Assembly (NCBI GenBank): GCA_002269645.1
Contig: NIVC01003213.1
Span: 46,893 to 110,892 of the forward strand
Direction of reading: 5' to 3'
Source of the DNA: Macrostomum lignano
Taxonomy: Eukaryota
Length of the DNA stretch: 64,000 bases
Shown piece by piece: positions 28,733 to 40,947 of the stretch; the first letter of the stretch is position 1; each line of letters starts with the position of its first letter. The notes below the pieces were generated by a model. That model was not told the DNA's origin, made no database searches, and worked only from the letters and a program-made list of their open reading frames with translations. Position numbers and translations under genes: made by a program.

Positions 28733-30566
28733 GTTCAGAGCCAGCGACTGTTGGTTATTGGATGACCACAGATTCTGCGCGGTTACTCAAAGCTCTGAGA
28801 CCGACTTACATGTAACTTGTAAATAATCGCTAATAACCGTATCTCATCGAGAATTTCACGCTTTATCTTTATCAAATCCTACAGATGCATATTTGTATAT
28901 TTTGATTTTTGCGGGAGACAGGGGGCATTCCCCTCCGCCAGTAAAAGCTGACGGGGTATGCCAAGCCCTGTCTTTTTGGATTAAGATACTGGTTCATTAA
29001 CCAGTTCACTCTGCGGTGAGCCAAATCATCACTCCCCATTTTTGTGAGCTCACACTTTTCAGTGTGAATTAAACATTAAAATCATGTTTTCTGCTGTAAT
29101 TTTATCTGCTTTTTAAAGTTATTTATTATTATACCTGTGGTTTATTTATTTTCTGCAAGCGACGGTGAAGTGCGTCTTCTGTCATATTTTAGAGAACACA
29201 TTTTTTGCGCTAATATTTATTGCTACACGCTTTTGGTAAAGATTACGTATTTTTATTACGGAAGCGAAATAGTACGCTAAAGTCAATTGAGATTGATGTA
29301 CATTTCATTTTTGTCTTAATGCATGTTGTAATTTAATTTAAAGATTTTAGAAATCACCTAAATTCCGAATGTAGCTACTTATTATCGTGGTAGTAGTAGC
29401 ATCGAAGTAAATATTCATCCTCGTCGTATTTATTATACTCGAATTCCAGCGAGCTTCAGATACTAGCAGCTGTTATTTTTGTTGAAATGCCGGCAATTTT
29501 ACTCTTTTTTTTGAAAGGATTTCTAGAATTTTAAGGGAAAATCATGTCTACTCATAGTACTATAGGAAGATAAAGCCTTAAGAGTAAGGTGAGTAAGGTG
29601 GCTTATTCAACGTATTTTTCATTTCAATATTCGCGTCGTACCTTAAATAAAACGTACTAAGAAACAAACTTGCGCACTGGAAGTGGTTTTGTTGTCAGAA
29701 AAACGAGACTCTTTTTTCATGCATATTTTACTTTGCCAGTCTAGCCGCTTGTATTGCCTGTGGTCTCTCTCTCTCTCTCTCTGCGCTCTCTTGCGCATAT
29801 ACCCCCTCTGCTGGTTAAATCTTTTGACAATAATTTCGCAGCATTGTTTCCTTGTGTTTTATTCTCTGGTTGCCCCCGGCAGGCTGGCAGTCAGTCAGCT
29901 CTTGCTTGCTTATACCATTTGATTTGAGCTGAACTGCTCTCTTATGCATGCTCAAACCGAACCTCTTTACCTAGCTCAAATGTTCACAATTGTATATACC
30001 CTGCCCTCTACCCCCCTCTCTCTCTGCCTTTAAAATGCATCGTCAATCTCGTCGTTGACTAAGTTTTTAGGCTGCTTGTGGCACGCATTGCGATGGCATT
30101 GCGCACACGAGTCTGGTGCGTGCCCGAGGGGGGGGGGTTGGTTCGCTGAGCCTGAGCATTAAGTATTGCTCAGTCATAGAAGGCGGCTGCAAAAGAAAGA
30201 AGCGAAAAAAATAGCATTTAAAACAAGCCTCAGGGCAGGGAGGGAGAGACTGCGTCGGAGAAGCATTGAGTTCCGAATGCTTAATTCTAAGGCTTGAAGG
30301 AAACTGCTTGAACTACCGGCAACATTGAAGCTTAATGTAAGTGGCTTATGTGCATGAACATAATCTTTGGATAAAGATGTCTATCACATAACAAATCGTA
30401 AGTTAGTTTAAGCCACTGCTATGAGCGGAAAATTATAGTTCAATACTTCAAAACAACCTTGCACAGATCGTTGGTAAGTCTTCAAAAACCAAAAGAAGAA
30501 TCATAACATAATGAGCAGTGTTCACGCATTTCAGCGCCTATCGCAGTCCAACAGCGCGCATCCGTC

Positions 30567-33500
30567 ATGGGACTTGGCGGCAGCAGAGAGCAGACGCCAG
30601 GCGAGAGCACATCCGACGTCCTCTATTGGGCGGCCTATTTCGGCCGGCTAGAAGAACTTCGACAGATGCTGGCGGCTGGCGCGGATGTCAACGAGCGCGA
30701 GAGCGAATTCCGTAGGACGCCGCTGATAGCCACGGCGTTCAAGGATCGCTGGGAGGCGGCGCTGCTGCTGCTGGAGAAGGGCGCTCAAGTTGAGGCGCGA
30801 GAAGATTCTCTCGGCTGTACGGCCCTGATGATTGCGGCGCAGTACAACTCGATTGGAGTGGCTCAGGTAAGAGGGGGACGGGAGCCGTAGCCTTGTGTGC
30901 TATAGCGCGGCGTTCTTACGTGCCAGCGGCCCAGGCTCGATTCCAAGCGCAGTCGCATTAACTTGGGGCTAAATTGGAATCTCGGCTTGGCTCTTCTCGT
31001 GCAATTAATGGCCTTGAGGACTAACGATAAATACAGTAAGGGCCGCTGTACACTCCTGCGTGGGTGTGTGCCTGTGCGCATGACTGCGTACGTATCCGCG
31101 GAATGAGTCGGTGGAATGGGCAGCAATGCCTCTTGCCGGTTGTGTAACAATGTCGCTTTAAGTGCGCCCAAGTGCACACAGACCCCTGCCTCCAATAAAA
31201 AGGAGACGAAGGCCGTATGAATTAATGGACGCAAAAATAATTGCTATAAAATATACGAAGAATCTTACACTCGTAGAAAAATCCAATAAGGTTTAAATAA
31301 CAATCTACAGGTGCTCCTTGAGGCCAGGGCAAACCCGGACGTCGGCAACGAGCAGCACGGCCAAACTGCCCTGATGTGGTGCTGCCAGTACGACCACGCC
31401 GAGATGGCCAGCCTCCTGCTGACGCGAGGGGCCAACGTGTCGATGCAACGCCGAGACACCGTCACGCCGCTGATGATCACTGCCAAGAACAACGCCTACT
31501 CCGTTGCCGCTCTGCTGCTAGACAACGGAGCCGACCCGAACGCCGCCGGCAATGGCCAGTTCACCGCCCTGATGATCTGCGGCATGGTTGACAGCCTCGA
31601 GGTGGCGCAGCTGCTTCTGCGTCACGGCGCGAACAAAGCGGCCACCAATAGGGACGGCAAGACGGCTTTAATATTGTGCATCGAGAATGCCAGCTACAGG
31701 GTGGCCCAGCTCCTACTCGAAGCCGGTGAGTTTTTAACGATAGCTACGAGCTACTGAGCTTGATGGCGAAAACATACGGGCGTACTCTCTTTAATAGTTG
31801 AATTTAGCTCTACGTTTTTAAATCCTACGCAAACCATCACACAGGAGCCGATCCGAACGCCGTCTGTCAGGACAATGGCCATTCAGCCGCAACTTTGGCC
31901 GCTCTGAAAGGCCACTTAGATCTACTCCGACTGCTGATTGAATTTTCGGCCAACCGACTTCACAGGTGCGCAGATGGGCGCGGCTTGGTGGAACTGGCTA
32001 GCGCAAGCGAAAGCCAGACTACCGTGCAGTACGTGCGGCATCTGCTGCTGCTCGAGCAGTCACAGCAGCAGCAAGAGATCGTGCAGCAAAACTGGCAGCA
32101 GTCACAGCAGCAGCAAGAGATCGTGCAGCAAAACTGGCAGCAGTCACAGCAGCAACAACAACAACAGCAGCAGCAGCAGCAGCAAGAGGGTGCGCAGCAA
32201 AGCTGGCAGCAAGAGGTTGTGCAGCAAAGCTGGCAGCAAGAGGTTGTGCAGCAAAGCTGGCAGCAAGAGTGGCAGCAGACACAGCAGCATGAAATAAATC
32301 AGACGCAGGAGCAGGAACTGCTGGAGCAACAGCGCATGGAGCAGGAACTGCTGGAGCAGCAGCGCAAGGAGCAGGAACTGCTGGAGCAGCAGCGCATGGA
32401 GCAGGAACTGCTGGAGCAGCAGCGCAATGAGCAGGAACTGCTGGAGCAGCAGCGCAAGGAGGAGGAACTGCTGGAGCAGCAGCGCAATGAGCAGGAACTG
32501 CTGGAGCAGCAGCGCAAGGAGGAGGAACTGCTGGAGCAGCAGCGCATGGAGCAGGAACTGCTGGAGCAGCAGCGCAAGGAGCAGGAACTGCTGGAGCAGC
32601 AGCGCAAGGAGGAGGAACTGCTGGAGCAGCAGCGCAAGGAGCAGGAACTGCTGGAGCAGCAGCGCAAGGAGCAGGAACTGCTGGAGCAGCAGCGCAATGA
32701 GCAGGAACTGCTGGAGCAGCAGCGCAAGGAGCAGGAACTGCTGGAGCAGCAGCGCAAGGAGCAGGAACTGCTGGAGCAACAGCGCAAGGAGCAGGAACTG
32801 CTGGAGCAGCAGCGCATGGAGCAGGAACTGCTGGTGCCACAGAACGATTTTGCACAACAGCAACAGCAAGATTGGAGCTGGGAGTCGCAGCAAGAGAGTT
32901 TGCCGCAGCAATTCGAGGTTGAAGAGGCTTCATTTACGTAAGCGTACACGCAGATAACGTGCTACTCAGTTAATCTAAATATACTAAATCTCTAAGGTTT
33001 GTATGCTTGAATTTCATTACTATTGAGGTAAAAAGTGTACCGACAATTTCAGTCAAAGCCACACACAAGCCGAGAAACAGGCAGTAGCATCATCGCGCAC
33101 GCTGGACTCCAAGACAGACAGAGCGGAAGGCGTTGAGACAGCCGGCGTAGCAAGGTTAGACCGTAAAAATTGCATTGAAAGTTGCTTAGATTAACCACTG
33201 AATCTTACAATGTTTTATTACTGATTTAGCATCGCCATTGATGAGAATTCTATGTCAGCCTGGGCGTCGCTGATGGACGAAGCCGAGCCAGCAGCTGGCC
33301 TAGAGCTTCCGATTGTGGCGCAGCACACGGATCCAGAGGGTCCCGGCACCGAGGTGTCGCTGGCGAAGCAACTGCAAGAACAGCCGAAAGGCACTGCCGA
33401 AGAACCGACAAGCGGTCAAGAAGCCACTTTTCTGGCCATGATGGAGGAAGATGCTAACCTGGCCGATTGGGAGAAGCTGGCACAGTCGGGAGCAGAACTG

Positions 33501-35005
33501 CCGGAGCAGCTCGGAGACGTTGAGGAGGAGGTGACGGCAGTCAACGTGCGGCCGCTAGGTCCTGACACTGGTGTGTCTTTCGAACAACAGCTGCTTGACG
33601 ATCAGAAACGAGAAGAGAAGGTGACCGCCAGGTAAAGCACTATTCTTCTGTGATATACATGCACAGATGTACATATTCTGCCCTTCAATAGAGTTCGATA
33701 GGAACAGCAGTAAAAATTCAGTGAAACCTACCATAAACAATGGAGTCAGGACCACACTTAGCTTACAAGGATCTCACCAATTGCAAAATTTCTACAGTTC
33801 AATGGAAGGAAAGACAGCAGAAGCCCCACAGACTCCTGTTGAACTGCCCGTTGAGGAAGTGGTGACAGCCACTTACGTGCGACCGTTAGGTCCCGACACG
33901 GGCGTCTCATTCGAACAGCAAATGCTAGACGATCAGAAACGAGAGGAGGAAAAGGCTGACAAAAGGTTTGAATTTTTATTGATTTCGCTTCGACTACTTG
34001 ATTTTTCCTGGGATAGAACTCAAGATCCAATCCGATAAAGTCAATGGGCCAACCCATACCAAGTGGCTAGTCACTCTTTGAAAAATTTTCAAGTTTTTGC
34101 GATATGTATAATAAGCGAAAAAACGCCACTTGGACCCATGAGCAAAGTGACTTAAAGTCAACCTCTCCCCACGCTCCAAACAGTGTAATCACGCTACAAA
34201 CATGCATTGATTCATCGTCAGCAATAAATGACACCATAATTTCAGTTTGATGGAGGGAGCGGCAGCCACTGCAGAGCAACAGCCAATCGAGGAGGAGGTG
34301 ACAGCCGTTCACGTAGAGCCGCTTGGCCCCGACACAGGTGTTCCGTTTGAGCAGCAACTGGCGGACGATCAGAAGCAAGAAGCGTCCGTTGAGCAGTCAA
34401 CGGTAGAAGCATCTTCGGTTGAGCAGTCAACGGTAGAAGCATCTTCGGTTGAGCAGTCAACGGTAGTAGCATCTTCGGTTGAGCAGTCGGTTGAGTCAAC
34501 GGTGGAAGCATCTGCTGAAATGTCCTCTGAGCAAGCTGTTCAGGAGGCTAACAATGCTAACGAGGAGGACTCGGAGGCGGAGGTGGAGGAGACAATATCG
34601 GCGACCACCGCTAGTGAGAGCACTACAAGCGCTGCTGCAGGCTCTTTAACATCCAGCAAAAGCGCTCGGCGGCGTCAAAAGAAGCAACAGAAAATGCAGC
34701 AACAGCTGCAGGTGCAACAGCAAGCTGAGCAGCAGGTTCAAAGGCAGGATTCATCCAACCAGTCAAGCACCAGCCAGACAACGTCTAGCACGAAGAAGTT
34801 CGTGAACAAGAAGCGAATTGTAACAAGAAAGCTGATCACAACTGAGAAAACCGGCGAACAGGTGAACAAGCGCGAGGTGATAGTGAAAATCTGCATCGCA
34901 AGCGGAGACTTCAGCGAGTCTGTGGGCCAAACCGAAGGCCCCGAGCAGACAATTAAATGGAAAAGCCAACGAGAGACCGAATCTCAGTTTCAGAAAAACT
35001 TTTAA
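30567..35005 (+). CDS. Ankyrin-repeat protein with Q-rich, decad-repeat and acidic repeat regions, ~1079 aa; exons 30567-30866, 31311-31725, 31845-32937, 33053-33154, 33230-33631, 33798-33965, 34246-35005
   Basis: 8-9 ANK repeats (TPLIATA, TALMIAA, TALMWCC, TPLMITA, TALMICG, TALILCI...GADPN). Six GT-AG introns give 3240 nt in frame. The 3' end is less certain. Confidence 0.8.
32309..32835 (+). repeat. Coding 30-bp tandem repeat: 17 copies of E[Q/E]ELLEQQR[K/M/N]
   Basis: Counted from the translation of exon 3 of the ankyrin gene. Confidence 0.95.
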
Positions 35006-35598
35006 CTATAGGCTCTGAGCTACGAGCCAGTAGATTATTTCAACGGGAAAGGCGTTTTTGTGTGTTGAATTTACTGTCAAAAATGGTACTTAAGGTACGT
35101 TTTGATTCGTATGTTTTTTCCGCTAAAAATGATTACAAATTGTTACTACAGTTGATTTTGCGGTTTCAGTGTGACTATTTTTTACCTGCTAGCCATCAAA
35201 ACAGCTTGATCTTGTTTGTTTTTGTTACCCTAAAAGTTTCATTAAAAGTACTTAGTAAGATCAATCATCCACCCTTTTTTAAACTCAAAATGTGTTAGTA
35301 CAATGGAATGAAATCCAGCTCAGTTAGTAACTAACTATATAAAAATAAATGTTCAAATAGTTTTCAATGTTCACAGTTTAACAAGCACCACAAAAGCCAT
35401 GAACAACTACACGATGTGCGCTCATTTTTGTAATTCATTTAATGAAATAATGAGTTAATATATAAATTGCTCTACCAGTAAAGTAGATCCGTGCATCCGT
35501 GCAAAATAGCAACGCCAACACACATAATACATCGAATTGGGAAACAATAAATTGCAACAAAAATCACCAGTGGAAAAAGTGTATATTAACAACAGCCT

Positions 35599-37679
35599 CT
35601 ATAATTTGGTTTGATTAGTTTTAGCAACTTTGGTAGCAGTTCCATTCAGTACTGTTTTAGTAGTAGTACTACTATTAGTAGTAGTCGTGGAATTAACCAC
35701 AGCATCGAGTCGTCTTGCTTGAGTATCGTTGCCAGCGGCGGTTTTGTCGGAGTTCCGACGCTCCCGATGTCGGTCAACAGCATTGGCGGCTTCCAACCGT
35801 TTGAGCTGCTCTTCGATTCGACGACCCTGCTCACGCTGCTCGCGAAGCAGACTTGCCAGCACTTCCAGGTCGCTCTTATTCGAACTTTTTCTGGCCTGAT
35901 GTTTCATGGAACCTGTCGAGTTCGTAGCCGTCTTAAATTCCAATTTTGCAGTCGGTTTTACTGTCGAAGATTTGTGCGTCGGTGCCAATTTTGACGGTGC
36001 TATTTCTGTCGTTTTCAAAGTCACACTAGGAGTTGTTGGTTCAAGTGTAGTAGTTTTAGTGAATAGCAGTTTCTTTTGCAGTTTTTCCTTCATTGGATTT
36101 CGTCCCTTGATTCCAACAACTTCCCGAGCCAAAACAGGCAGCGGAGGCTCCTGACGACTTTCGGAGTCTGCCGGATTGCGATACAACGAATAACGATAGA
36201 AAATATTGATAAAATGCTTAACTAGCCTACTGAATAGAATAGTGTAAGTAGTGTAATCCGCTTCAGTGTAAAATGTTTATTTACCGTCAAGTTTACGATC
36301 CTGTTTGATTAGTACAGTCGGAGAAGCGGGAGTGTAGTCGGGGTGAGACAGGCGGGCAACAGTCGATCCGATGGAAGCTGGATAGCTGTCGCGATGGGGC
36401 AGCTGCGGGGGCGGCTGGTTTTGAACTGGCGCGTGGCTCTCGCCGCCTCCGCCAGGTCCAAACAGAGTAGCAACTGTGCCAATGCACAGCGTGGCCACAC
36501 CAAGCCATTTAATCACGCAGCCAATTGAGCAGCAACGCGCCCTGACTCCGCTGAATGTGTTCAAGTAGATGCCGGCTGGCAGGATATAGCAGATCACCGA
36601 GCCTGTCACTGAGCCAGTCAGGCTTAAAATAAACTCAACTGGAGTAGGCGGGTCAAGGATTGACCAATCAGAGTTGCAGAGCTTGTCCTGGCCAACCAGG
36701 AGTCACAGACACCGTCTACCCCTCCCAGACCCTGTTTACCCCCACCAAGACCCTGTCTACCCCCACCAAGACCCTGTCTACCCCCACCAAGACCCTGTCT
36801 ACCCCCACCAAGACCCTGTCTACCCCCACCAAGACCCTGTCTACCCCCCACCAAGACCCTGTCTACCCCCACCCAGACCCTGTCTACCCCACCCAGATCC
36901 TGTCTACCCCTCCCAGACCGTGTCTACCCCTCCCAGACACTATCTAACCCCTCCCAGACCCTACCTAACCCCTCCCAGACCCCATCTAACCCCTCTTAGA
37001 CACTATCTAACTCCTCCCAGACCCTATCTAACCCCTCTTAGACACTATCTAACTCCTCCCAGACCCTATCTAACCCTTCTAAGACACCTCCCAGACCCTG
37101 TCCACTCCTCCCAGATCCTGTCTAACCCCTTCCAGACACTATCTAACCCCTCCCAGACCCTATCTAACCCCTCTTAGACCCTACCTAACTCCTCCCAGAC
37201 CCTATCTAACCCCTCTTAGACCCTACCTAACTCCTCCCAGACCCTATCTAACCCCTCTTAGACACTATCTAACTCCTCCCAGACCCTATCTAACCCCTCT
37301 TAGACACTATCTAACTCCTCCCAGACCCTATCTAACCCTTCCAAGACACCTCCCAGACCCTGTCCACTCCTCCCAGATCCTGTCTAACCCCTTCCAGACC
37401 CTGTCTACCCCTCCCAGACACTGTCTACCCCTCCCAGACACTGTCTACCCCTCCCAGACACTGTCTACCCCTCCTAGACCAAATTTGGCACTACCGCAGA
37501 CCCTTAAGAACTGTCAGTGCACAGCACAAAACAAAAAACACACCATTTGGAATTAGCAGACCTCCAACAAGCGTGCCCAGCACAATGGCCAAAGTTATGC
37601 CGCGAAATTTCCCATCAGGAATGAACACCCGGCCTGTGGTGAGGTCGCCGCCTCCGCCGCTACCGCCAGTCCGATGTTG
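35599..37679 (-). CDS. SLC38A10: SLC38A10-like amino-acid transporter, 3' three exons only (37679-37544, 36638-36285, 36167-35599)
   Basis: Spliced translation GRVFIPDGKFRGITLAIVLGTLVGGLLIPN|VEFILSLTGSVTGSVICYILPAGIY resembles SLC38A10 ([47 protein letters not shown]). A long low-complexity C-terminal tail follows, typical of A10. Both introns are phase 1. Upstream exons not found. Confidence 0.85.
36715..37460. repeat. 21-bp C-rich minisatellite family in an SLC38A10 intron
   Basis: Units ACCCTGTCTACCCCCACCAAG grading into CCCTATCTAACCCCTCTTAGA / CACTATCTAACTCCTCCCAGA. Confidence 0.93.
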
Positions 37680-37784
37680 CTATGGAAACGGATATTAATG
37701 AAGCAACTCAGTAGTACGTGAAGTGCGCGTTAAACTCAAATTTTTAAAAAGGTCAACAGTCAATCTAAGATAAATCAGTCTATA

Positions 37785-38045
37785 AATCACCTGAGATGTC
37801 AATCAAGGTCAATCAGTCTAAAATACATGAGATGTCAATCTAAGTCAATCAAACTACAAAACACCTGAGATGTCGATCAAGTCAATCAAACTACAAAACA
37901 CCTGAGATGTCGATTAAGTCAATCAAACTACAAAACACCTGAGATGTCGATTAAGTCAATCAAACTACAAAACACCTGAGATGTCGATCAAGTCAATCAA
38001 ACTACAAAACACCTGAGATGTCAATCAAGGTCAATCAAACTAAAG
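37785..38045. repeat. ~38-bp minisatellite (ACACCTGAGATGTCGATYAAGTCAATCAAACTACAAA)
   Basis: About 6 copies. Confidence 0.9.
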
Positions 38046-38619
38046 AACATGCAATGTCAATCACCTCTGCAAAGACAAAAATGAAGACAAAAGTACACAA
38101 AAGTAATTTTTAGAATACGAAAAATTGCAAGAAAGCCAATTCAGCAAAACGTTGCTTGTCAGCAGACCAACATTAGCAAGAACGAACATTGTTAATGATT
38201 GGAGCATCAGACACACGCAAACGGGATGAAAAGCGCTGAGGCTGGCACTAAGCAACTCTTTGATGTCGAACCGAAGCAAAAGAAGAATAAAAGACGGTAA
38301 AGGCGGGATTAATCCCAGACTGAAGCAATTTGAAGGTGCTCAGAACACCTGAGCACAGGTGATCGTCAGCCGCTTTTTATGTCAGAGTGTTTCTTCGCCT
38401 AAAATTTTCTTTCGCGGAAAAAAAGATTTGAGGCCAAGACAGACAGGGGTAAACTGCTAGTGAGTTTTTCTGCTCGAACCAGATGAGGGAAGGGTGCGAG
38501 CAGGCGTGATGCTGAATCACATCTGTATTTAATAAACCTTGCTGCTCAAATTTGTTGCACAAATGAGAGCTGGATGTTAACAGTGAGTTTTGAAACTGAT
38601 GCAGGAATGGTGAGTAGAG

Positions 38620-39262
38620 TAGACAGTAGATAAAGAAAAGTAGAGCAGATAGTAGAATAGGGAGAGTAGATTAGACAGTAGATAAAGGGGAGTAGAGAAG
38701 ACAGTAGATAATGAAGGGTAGAGTAGAAGTAGATAAAGAAGAATAGATTAGACAGTAGATAAAGGAGGGTACAGTAGATAACGAAGAGTACAATAGATAA
38801 CAGATAAAGGAGAGTAGAGTAAGATAGTAGATAAAGTAGAGTAGATTAGACAGTAGATAAGGAAGAGTAGAGTAGACAGTAGATGAAGAAGAGTAGAGTA
38901 GACAGTAGATAAGGAAGAGTAGAGTAGACAGTAGATAAGGAAGAGTAGAGTAGACAGTAGATAAAGGAGATTAGAGTAGACAGTAGATAAATGAGATTAG
39001 AGTAGACAGTAGATAAATGAGATTAGAGTAGACAGTAGATAAATGAGATTAGAGTAGACAGTAGATAAAGGAGATTAGAGTAGACAGTAGATAAAGGAGA
39101 TTAGAGTAGACAGTAGATAAATGAGATTAGAGTAGACAGTAGATAAATGAGATTAGAGTAGACAGTAGATAAAGAAGAGTAGAGTAGACAGTAGATAAAG
39201 GAGATTAGAGTAGACAGCAGATAAAGGAGAGTAGAGTAGACAGTAGATAAAGGAGAGTAGAT
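38620..39262. repeat. ~25/26-bp purine-rich minisatellite (AGAGTAGACAGTAGATAAAGGAGATT)
   Basis: Direct reading, ~25 imperfect copies. Confidence 0.92.
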
Positions 39263-39782
39263 TTTAACAGTGTATAGAATAGTTGAAAAGCTATTCATTA
39301 CGTAAGTCGTAAATGCATCGCATTGTCTACAGTTTCCGCACACTTTTGACACAGCGGCCTCAACAGAGAGGTCACCCCAGTGCAATACAAGAAGCAGTTC
39401 TAAACAATGCATTCACAACCCAGAGATTGGTTTTACAGGTAGCTAGCATTGTGGGCTTTAAAGAGAGCTTAATGACTGAGGACACGACCTCAGTATTTTG
39501 TGGTCGGGCTTACGCGGACCAACATGCCGGAAGTGGAAACAGAAAGCAGAAATGGATCGCACACGGTAGAGTACATGTAGCTGAGATGAGAAACAACTGG
39601 ATGAAAAAATGTTTAGAACTGGAGTAAACAGATAGGAAAGAGAAGGTAAATAGTAGAGAGGTAGATGCGAGAAGGGTAGAGAGAGAGGCAGAAGAAATGT
39701 AGATAGAACAAGGGCAAATAAGATAAGGGTGAATGAATAAGAAGTAGGCAGGAGAGGGGTAGATAGAAAAAGCAGACAGGAC

Positions 39783-40372
39783 GTAGATAGGAGAGGTAGA
39801 TAGGCGGGTAGGATGAGAGGGCAGGGTAGATAGGAGAGGTAGATAGGCGGGTAGGATGAGAGGGCAGGGTAGACAGGAGAGGTAGATAGGCGGGTAGGAT
39901 GAGAGGGCAGGGTAGATAGGAGAGGTAGATAGGCGGGTAGGATGAGAGGGCAGAGTAGATAGGAGAGGTAGATAGGCGGGCAGGATGAGAGGGCAGGGTA
40001 GACAGGAGAGGTAGATAGGCGGGTAGGATGAGAGGGCAGGGTAGACAGGAGAGGTAGATAGGCGGGTAGGATGAGAGGGCAGGGTAGATAGGAGAGGTAG
40101 ATAGGCGGGTAGGATGAGAGGGCAGGGTAGACAGGAGAGGTAGATAGGCGGGTAGGATGAGAGGGCAGGGTAGATAGGAGAGGTAGATAGGCGGGTAGGA
40201 TGAGAGGGCAGAGTAGATAGGAGAGGTAGATAGGCGGGCAGGATGAGAGGGCAGAGTAGATAGGAGAGGTAGATAGGCGGGTAGGATGAGAGGGCAGGGT
40301 AGATAGGAGAGGTAGATAGGCGGGTAGGATGAGAGGGCAGAGTAGATAAGAGAGGTAGATAGGCGGGTAGAG
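39783..40372. repeat. 43-bp purine-rich minisatellite (GTAGATAGGAGAGGTAGATAGGCGGGTAGGATGAGAGGGCAGG)
   Basis: About 13-14 copies at 43-bp spacing (39783, 39826...). Confidence 0.95.
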
Positions 40373-40947
40373 GTAGTGGCCAGAGACAAATAGAGGTCAA
40401 AAGTAGGCCAACAGGGAGCAGACAAACAGGTTAATCAGGTGCAGATTAACTGGAACCACTCTGAGTGGAAGTCACCGAAAGCAGACACTACTTGAGGATA
40501 ACAGAGGGGGGTTAACAGAAGTAAACACTTAAATTTTATAGCGCAGAAATTTCTTAGCATTGCAGTTCACAGTCTGCAGCGGCTCCGATCTAAAGATAAA
40601 CGAACGTACAATATAATCAACCATAATATTAATTAACGAATATAGATAAAAAGTGCAGTATCCAGGGTCGCAAAGATATTCCAGAGAAGAAAGGACAACA
40701 GATAAAAAAGTTCCGATATTTTTTTTACTTTTTTTAAAAAGCCTGAAGCAGAAGATCTATTAATTTAAATGCAAAAATACAAGTCTGCCGTAAAGGCGGG
40801 TACAGTGCAATAACAGGCCAGCGGCGGAGATACCAGCTTTAGCGGGTGGGACCAGTTGCTATAAATAGCATCAAAGAAAAGAAAACAGAAAACAGAAAAC
40901 AAAAAAGAAAAATGTACGAGTAACTCGCTACAATACTTAACTCCAAC

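Noticed and set aside
37466-37484. 16-nt micro-exon candidate in SLC38A10
   Set aside because: Unneeded: the acceptor at 36639 already supplies VEFILS in frame.
38377-38562. SLIWFEQK as the missing upstream SLC38A10 exon (cf. TLLFEQQ)
   Set aside because: No GT donor after FEQ, and the expected FPMMILPCR motif is absent.
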